A stretch of DNA of 64,000 nucleotides from a virus (Duplodnaviria > Caudoviricetes). The translations under genes and the position numbers were made by a program. The DNA lies in IMG/VR virus record IMGVR_UViG_3300031857_000014. One strand, written 5' to 3'. The notes under the pieces are model-generated. The model did no database searches. It saw nothing but the letters and a program-made list of their open reading frames with translations, and was not told the origin of the DNA. This document shows, one piece after another, positions 58,345 through 64,000 of this stretch (its first letter is position 1; every line of letters begins with the position of its first letter).

Positions 58345-60504
58345 TTAAAAATCAAGTCGAACCGCAAATACTTGTGTACCAATTCTTTTAATTGGTTTAG
58401 CTGTTTTTGCAACAACATAAGGTTCTTTATTTGAGTTTAACAATGCAACTTCGGTAATTCTTTTATCTAAACCACTTGAATACGTTGGGTTTTGTGTTTC
58501 AGTAAACTGTGAAGAAGGTAAGTTTACCAAAAAATTCATTTGTTCAATGTCAGTTGCTCTTATTAATCGTATACTACCAGGGAACGGTTGTTCGTCACCA
58601 AATTGCGGGTCAGTTGATGGTTCATTAGGTATGGGTCCTAAATAAGTTTCTAAATCAAATATTGTTCCGTTATTAAATTTAGTTTTAGTTATGGTATAAG
58701 TCACATCTGTCACTCCAGTTGGATTTAACAAATTACTTCCGTCTCCACCGGCTTCAGTTGTATAATCCATTAAAATCCATTGATCATGTGAAGGTAATTC
58801 ACCAACATTAGTTTCTTGTGCTAGTATATAAAATTTGTTAGCAATGAACCCATCGGTAGAACCACTAAATATTGATTTCATATTTGGCATAGTACTACCA
58901 CTTATTTTAACTGTCACATTAGAACAAACATTGAATGCACATGAATTTAAAGTCGGGTCTAAATTAGAACTATTGTAATAGTTACAAGGTAATCCATTTA
59001 ATTTTGTATCTCCAGTATATTCAAACATATATGTTACCCATATTGTCTGACCTGTACCACCACTTAAAATAGAATTAGATGGGTCAGTGTCACTTGGGAC
59101 AACACTTACTTTTGCTGCGGGTAAAGTATATCTTCTATTGGATTTATAATCTAAAACAGCGACAAGTTCTTGGTCATCAAAAACAATTACTTTATTATTT
59201 ACAAATACTTTACCAACACGATATCCTCGTTCATCAATTAGATATCTGTATTTTAAAGAATGATAAGGATTCTTGGTAGATTTTATATAATAATTAGTAT
59301 CGTCCATATGAAATATTGCACCAAATGTAGAACCGGTATTTCTATGATAGTAAATCCATGGGATATATACCTCAAAATATTCGGTATCACTTAATGGTAT
59401 ACCATTAGGGTCATCGATTATTGAGTTACCAGCAGAATCAGTATCATTGCTAATATAATCATCGTACTTAAAAAATCTTTCAGGGTCATTTACAACATCT
59501 CCGAGTTCAGAATAATGAATAATTGCAACACACCTTTGTGCTTCAGGTTCAACAATTATTTCTTCATTAAATGAATTATAGTACGCCGTTGCATTTGATA
59601 ATGTACCTCCGGTATAATTCGTGAATGTTTGACCTGAAGATTCAGTATAACCATATAATTCTTTTGTAGAGACATAAACATTACTTGTAAAACCAGATAA
59701 ATTTTCGTCAAGACCATTAACATCAAAACCAATTGGTTTATCAGTCCAAACTACTTCCATAGTCCATGGGTCTAATTGTTGTTGAGTATCAATATCATTT
59801 GGATGACAAACTGGTGAAATTTGTGTGTCTATTGGATATTCGTTATTACATTTATTACAAACAACTTGAGTATATCCAGATAACATTGAAAAATCAGGTG
59901 TTTCTCTGTCTAAATAAATTGTATTTGTACTTACTCCTGTTGTAATCCCTGATATTCTATATATTAAACTTGTTGAATTACCTGAAATTACAGGATGATT
60001 CGGATCCATACCAACAAACTGACTAAACACAAGTGTAATAAACCCACAATCATCGTATGTGTTACCCGTACTAACTGAAATTGTATTTGTACCGTTAATT
60101 GAACTTAAATTTATTCTTTCAGTCAAACATTCAACGGTTGTACCTGTACACGCGTTTTCGTCATATTCTAAATAATTTGAAACATGTCCTGCAGGTCCCA
60201 TAATATTTCTAATAGTAACCGTTGATGCATTTTGAACAGGATTACCAAAAGTTGTTGCATCATCAGAAGAATCAAGTTTATATGGGTATTTTACACCCGC
60301 CTCAATATCAAAAGGAGACAATACTTTTTGATGTGGTATGCTACCTAATCCGGTATATCCATTAAAAGGTTGCGTATAATCAAATTCAGAATCACCTATT
60401 TGAAAGTATTCTATAACAAAATTACCTTTTGCAATTGCTTGTCTACCTTTTTTTGTAATTCGAGCTGACAAAAACTCAGAATTGTTACTACTCAAATAAC
60501 TCAT
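58345..60504 (-). CDS. putative virion (baseplate/tail) structural protein
   Basis: ITKKGRQAIAKG...YFQIGDSEFDY N-terminus; ITEVALLN..VAKTAKPIKR C-terminus; TATTTATA at 60509-60516. Confidence 0.55.
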   Translation of the reverse strand: MSYLSSNNSEFLSARITKKGRQAIAKGNFVIEYFQIGDSEFDYTQPFNGYTGLGSIPHQKVLSPFDIEAGVKYPYKLDSSDDATTFGNPVQNASTVTIRNIMGPAGHVSNYLEYDENACTGTTVECLTERINLSSINGTNTISVSTGNTYDDCGFITLVFSQFVGMDPNHPVISGNSTSLIYRISGITTGVSTNTIYLDRETPDFSMLSGYTQVVCNKCNNEYPIDTQISPVCHPNDIDTQQQLDPWTMEVVWTDKPIGFDVNGLDENLSGFTSNVYVSTKELYGYTESSGQTFTNYTGGTLSNATAYYNSFNEEIIVEPEAQRCVAIIHYSELGDVVNDPERFFKYDDYISNDTDSAGNSIIDDPNGIPLSDTEYFEVYIPWIYYHRNTGSTFGAIFHMDDTNYYIKSTKNPYHSLKYRYLIDERGYRVGKVFVNNKVIVFDDQELVAVLDYKSNRRYTLPAAKVSVVPSDTDPSNSILSGGTGQTIWVTYMFEYTGDTKLNGLPCNYYNSSNLDPTLNSCAFNVCSNVTVKISGSTMPNMKSIFSGSTDGFIANKFYILAQETNVGELPSHDQWILMDYTTEAGGDGSNLLNPTGVTDVTYTITKTKFNNGTIFDLETYLGPIPNEPSTDPQFGDEQPFPGSIRLIRATDIEQMNFLVNLPSSQFTETQNPTYSSGLDKRITEVALLNSNKEPYVVAKTAKPIKRIGTQVFAVRLDF

Positions 60505-60540
60505 ATATTATAAATATTCTTTTTTAATTTTATTTTATCA

Positions 60541-63408
60541 TTAACATCCACTATTACTTAAAACAATTTTTAAAGTATTTGGAATTGTAAAAGTGGTAGA
60601 TGGTGCTAAATTAAGTGGGTATGCGTCTGTTGCTAAAACTGGAATACAATCAACCAATACGTTATTTTTATATAATTTTAATGATCCTCCACCAGACGGT
60701 GCTATGACATCAACATACAAAGGAGTATTATAAGTTGTGCCATATGTTCCCGATTCAGTTTGTCCAGGACCAACAGGTACGGTTATAAAACCAAAAGATA
60801 GTCCCATCAGATTCCTTACATTTTCAATACTACCATCATCACTATTATTCTGTAAAAAATAAAAGTCTCCTGATGGAGTATTCGTTGGTGTTGGCGTTGG
60901 TGTTGAGGTAGGGGTCGGAGTTGGTGTGTTAGTTGCTGTTGGTGTTGGTGTACTAGTAGGTGTATTTGTTGGTGTTGATGTCGGTGTACTAGTTGGTGTG
61001 TTAGTCGGTGTTGGTGTTGGAGTCGGTGTTGGTGTTGGAGTCGGTGTGGGTGTAGGTATTGCAATACCACAATATAATATCTTCCAACAATTACCATCAC
61101 ATGGTGCATATTCATATCCACTTGGACATGTGTATCCTGATGATAAATAAGTCCCATCATTATTTTTTATAACAGGAATAATTGAACCATTAAAAGACGC
61201 TGACGTAAATATTATATTTAAATCTCCGGTTGTTGTCGCACCAGTTAATTCTGACAACGTGTTATTATAAATTTCACAACCAAATCCTGCCGGGTTTGGT
61301 GTTCCAGTAATACTAAAATTATAACCATATAAACCAAGAATATGGTCACCTGCAAGAAGATTTATTGGATAAACGTGCCATTTCATGAACTTATTTAGTT
61401 CAGTTATCCCTGTATAGTTAAATGTGTCTAATATAACATTACCATCAAGTTCAAGCCTGAATTCATTATCTGCAGCAATTCCAATATAATATGTTCCTGC
61501 CTCAATTCCTTCAAGACATTTATTAAATCCTAACCAAACATCTAATGGATAATCAATTGGGTCAAATGCTGCCGGATATGCCCATACCGCAGTCCTATTT
61601 AATGGTCCGTTTGATGTTGTTGTGTTTTTCCAAACGTCAGCAGTTGTTAATGCTGTTATTGTTGTACCACTACCATTTAACCCCCAATCATCATCATAAA
61701 TTATTGTTCCAGATGAACTATATACCGAATTAGTTCGTGTATATGCGGTATATGGAGTTACGGGTGGTGTTGCAGATACGGTATCTGTTGCTGTACATAA
61801 ACCACCTCCTATTGGTGTCCATGTATATTTGTTATCACAAGAAGTACAATCATCACAAACCGGAACTTCTTCATAATAACAATAAGCTGCGCCAAGTCCA
61901 CCACATATGTTTAATAATGTCCCATCAACATCACAAAAAATACCATAATTATCACCATAATTACCAAGTATTGTTTGCGTTAATCCTGTTATTTGTCTTG
62001 TTGAAAACGCGGTATATCCAGATAACCCATTATATGTAGTTACACCTGTTAATGTATTTACAGATACACCACTATATATTTCAAAACAACCGTTTGTACA
62101 ACATGTACCACCATAATTAAATGCATCCGAAAAGAAAAATTCAAAAATGTGTGTACCCGCGTCTAATGTTATAGGTAAAACATGACCTACATGAAAAGGT
62201 AAAAATCTAGCGGGTGAAACTGATTTGTCAAATAAACCATCAGCACCTATTGCGTTACCAACCGTTAATGCGGGATAGGCTGCAGAATTTTTATTTAATC
62301 TTTTTACCAACCATTCACCATCTAATTTCAAACCAAACATATCATCTGCAGAAAGAAATAAATGATACGTTTGAGTTGATGGTACATCCAAACATTTATA
62401 AAATCCTACCCATTGATTAAATCCTGTGGCAAATTTTATTCCCGCATTATTCATTATACCGTTCCAAGGTGAAGCAGATACCGTTTCTCTCCATGGTACT
62501 GTTGTTGCGCTCGTAACAACCGTTATTGGTGCTCCTGAAATATTTGAATCGTTTGTTCCATATAAATTTGATATTTGACTGTTTGTGTAATTAGTACCAT
62601 CCACTAATCCTCCAAATTGCCCATTAGGTAAAGAAGAACCTGATAAAACTCCATTTGTTATAAAACTGGCATTATTAGCAAAAGTTAATGGTAATGTTTT
62701 TGTTGTTATATTTTCATAAAAATATGTACCATCTCTTAAATATGACAAATTAGTGTCTCCTGTAGTAAAAATATATGTCGTTCCACTAACGCCACTTAAT
62801 GTACTCGCGGTCAGTGTACAAATTCCACCAACTTCTGTAAATCCATAATCACAACATCTACAATCACCATCACTGTTACATATTTCACCACTTAAAACAT
62901 CACTTAAAACTGTCGCACCTGAAACAACAACATCATCTTGATAATAATATAAATTAATTAACGGAAATCCAGAATATGTTGTACAAAAATAATCAATACC
63001 ATCTTCAGTATATTGTGTGTTTGGACTGTCACCATTACATTTAACACCATCTGTCCCACCTAATCCATCATCTAAAAATAAAACCCCGTTTAAAGATGTA
63101 TTCGTGTTACCTGTCGCAACTAATAAATCACCATTGATAATAGTGACAGTTGCACAAAAACAACTTGGTGCTCCTGACACACTTATATACGCACTATTAG
63201 TACATGTAAAATTATCTGAACGTATTTCAATAGTTGTTGTACCCATAGGAATTGTTGTAACCGTATAACCAGTGGCTAAAAACGATTTTGGTACATTATT
63301 TTCAAAAGGTGTTGTATATCCATCAACATTTGAGTATAAATCAAATGGTCCGGTATTTGGTCCTGATACTGTAATAGTTATACTAGCAGATACTGTTGGT
63401 AATGGCAT
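60541..63408 (-). CDS. virion-associated protein with two PA14-like domains and PT linker
   Basis: [13 protein letters not shown]...TLDAGTH and [13 protein letters not shown]...NLLAGDH; Cys-rich segments. Confidence 0.65.
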   Translation of the reverse strand: MPLPTVSASITITVSGPNTGPFDLYSNVDGYTTPFENNVPKSFLATGYTVTTIPMGTTTIEIRSDNFTCTNSAYISVSGAPSCFCATVTIINGDLLVATGNTNTSLNGVLFLDDGLGGTDGVKCNGDSPNTQYTEDGIDYFCTTYSGFPLINLYYYQDDVVVSGATVLSDVLSGEICNSDGDCRCCDYGFTEVGGICTLTASTLSGVSGTTYIFTTGDTNLSYLRDGTYFYENITTKTLPLTFANNASFITNGVLSGSSLPNGQFGGLVDGTNYTNSQISNLYGTNDSNISGAPITVVTSATTVPWRETVSASPWNGIMNNAGIKFATGFNQWVGFYKCLDVPSTQTYHLFLSADDMFGLKLDGEWLVKRLNKNSAAYPALTVGNAIGADGLFDKSVSPARFLPFHVGHVLPITLDAGTHIFEFFFSDAFNYGGTCCTNGCFEIYSGVSVNTLTGVTTYNGLSGYTAFSTRQITGLTQTILGNYGDNYGIFCDVDGTLLNICGGLGAAYCYYEEVPVCDDCTSCDNKYTWTPIGGGLCTATDTVSATPPVTPYTAYTRTNSVYSSSGTIIYDDDWGLNGSGTTITALTTADVWKNTTTSNGPLNRTAVWAYPAAFDPIDYPLDVWLGFNKCLEGIEAGTYYIGIAADNEFRLELDGNVILDTFNYTGITELNKFMKWHVYPINLLAGDHILGLYGYNFSITGTPNPAGFGCEIYNNTLSELTGATTTGDLNIIFTSASFNGSIIPVIKNNDGTYLSSGYTCPSGYEYAPCDGNCWKILYCGIAIPTPTPTPTPTPTPTPTPTNTPTSTPTSTPTNTPTSTPTPTATNTPTPTPTSTPTPTPTNTPSGDFYFLQNNSDDGSIENVRNLMGLSFGFITVPVGPGQTESGTYGTTYNTPLYVDVIAPSGGGSLKLYKNNVLVDCIPVLATDAYPLNLAPSTTFTIPNTLKIVLSNSGC
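60880..61055 (-). repeat. Pro-Thr coding tandem repeat
   Basis: [61 protein letters not shown]; boundaries approximate. Confidence 0.85.
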
Positions 63409-63492
63409 TTATATAAAACATTTAATTTCATTTTTATTTATTATAGAATATAGTTTTTTTTTCTTAGTTAGTGAATCAATCATTTTTATAGT

Positions 63493-64000
63493 TTAATAGA
63501 ATACTATGTTTATACCATATCCCGATAATATTGCTTTAGCCGAATCCGACGCGGTTGTTCCACTTCCACGTGTCTCAAGTTTAGCAACACCGAATCTAGA
63601 ACTTGTTGTCCAAGTATAACCTGTAAAGTCAATAAATAAAGAATCCAGATTAGCGTCAGATAATTTATTTGCTGCGTTAGTTGGTATATAAATAAATCTA
63701 TTCATATTATTAACCCAGGTTCTTCCTGCGGTATACCCTGTTAGATTAGAATTACCTTTTAGAACAAAATAATACACATTATTTGGTATATTATTTAGTG
63801 AACCCGTAACAGTAGTTAAACCACCGATTTCAAAAACAGTGATTCCTGTTGGTATGTTAGATGTTAAACCTGAAACAGTGTTTTGCCCACCTAAGAATAA
63901 ATCTGTTAATTTATTCGGTAAATTATCTATATCACCTTGTAACCTATTTTGACCTTTCAAATTGAAGTATGTTACTCCAGTAGGTACGTCAATAGTGTTA
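63493..64000 (-). CDS. partial leucine-rich-repeat-like protein (5' end beyond window)
   Basis: Repeats of about 22 aa (LPNKLTDLFLGGQNTVSG, IPTGITVFEIGGLTTVTG, IPNNVYYFVLKGNSNLTG); the frame stays open to the window edge. Confidence 0.55.
   Translation of the reverse strand, partial: NTIDVPTGVTYFNLKGQNRLQGDIDNLPNKLTDLFLGGQNTVSGLTSNIPTGITVFEIGGLTTVTGSLNNIPNNVYYFVLKGNSNLTGYTAGRTWVNNMNRFIYIPTNAANKLSDANLDSLFIDFTGYTWTTSSRFGVAKLETRGSGTTASDSAKAILSGYGINIVFY

Noticed and set aside
47110-61055. PT repeats as diversity-generating retroelement or mobile repeats
   Set aside because: They are low-complexity coding linkers; no reverse transcriptase or template/variable repeat pair was seen in the window.
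4139-63496. Most plus-strand ORFs in the track (e.g. 4139-4378, 32896-33267, 47007-47507, 54426-54866, 60926-61150)
   Set aside because: They lie antisense to well-supported minus-strand genes and mirror their codon or repeat bias.
1-64000. CRISPR array, tRNA or rRNA genes
   Set aside because: No equally spaced direct repeats with unique spacers, and no cloverleaf or rRNA-like sequence seen by eye; intergenic gaps are short and AT-rich. A tRNAscan run would be needed to exclude tRNAs fully.
1-64000. Stop-codon reassignment (as in some huge phages)
   Set aside because: Known protein families run full length in the standard code, and TAG and TGA end genes at sensible places (e.g. 3426, 22327, 8079).
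1-64000. Giant eukaryotic virus (NCLDV) origin suggested by the glycosylation genes and MGCGC peptide
   Set aside because: Bacterial sigma, NusG, peptidoglycan hydrolases and intrinsic terminators point to a bacteriophage.

Overview
An AT-rich, gene-dense 64 kb segment, almost entirely on the minus strand, with no rRNA, tRNA or core cellular operons. It reads best as part of a very large (jumbo/huge) tailed phage infecting Bacteroidota. Host evidence: a Bacteroidetes-type primary sigma factor, ClpP, NusG and Hc1-like protein, Q-rule signal peptides, and TAnnTTTG promoter elements. Phage evidence: peptidoglycan hydrolases, SbcCD-like nuclease, primase, RuvC, and long S/T/G-rich fibre proteins. 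Modules, left to right: lysis and cell-wall enzymes with leader-bearing proteins (1-8 kb); a C5 methyltransferase and two PcfJ-like paralogues (8-12.6 kb); a ~14 kb glycosylation island (12.8-26.6 kb: Gmd, Fcl, a His-type ColD-like 3-dehydratase, GT10 x2, GT11, GT25, GT2, methyltransferases); fibre/structural genes (28.6-37.2 kb); redox, AAA, NusG and Dam-like genes (37-41 kb); leader-bearing putative head proteins (43-46 kb); sigma, spanin-like pair and ClpP (48-51 kb); recombination/replication (51-58 kb); more structural genes including a tandem PA14 protein (58-64 kb). Top hypotheses: (1) a phage-encoded fucose/colitose-type glycan pathway, possibly decorating the virion; (2) a shared N-terminal leader ending in (I/L/V)xE that marks capsid-packaged cargo, including cell-wall enzymes; (3) a recurring TATTTAT(A/T) motif before those genes, a candidate late promoter. 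All family assignments come from recognising motifs by eye, not from database searches.
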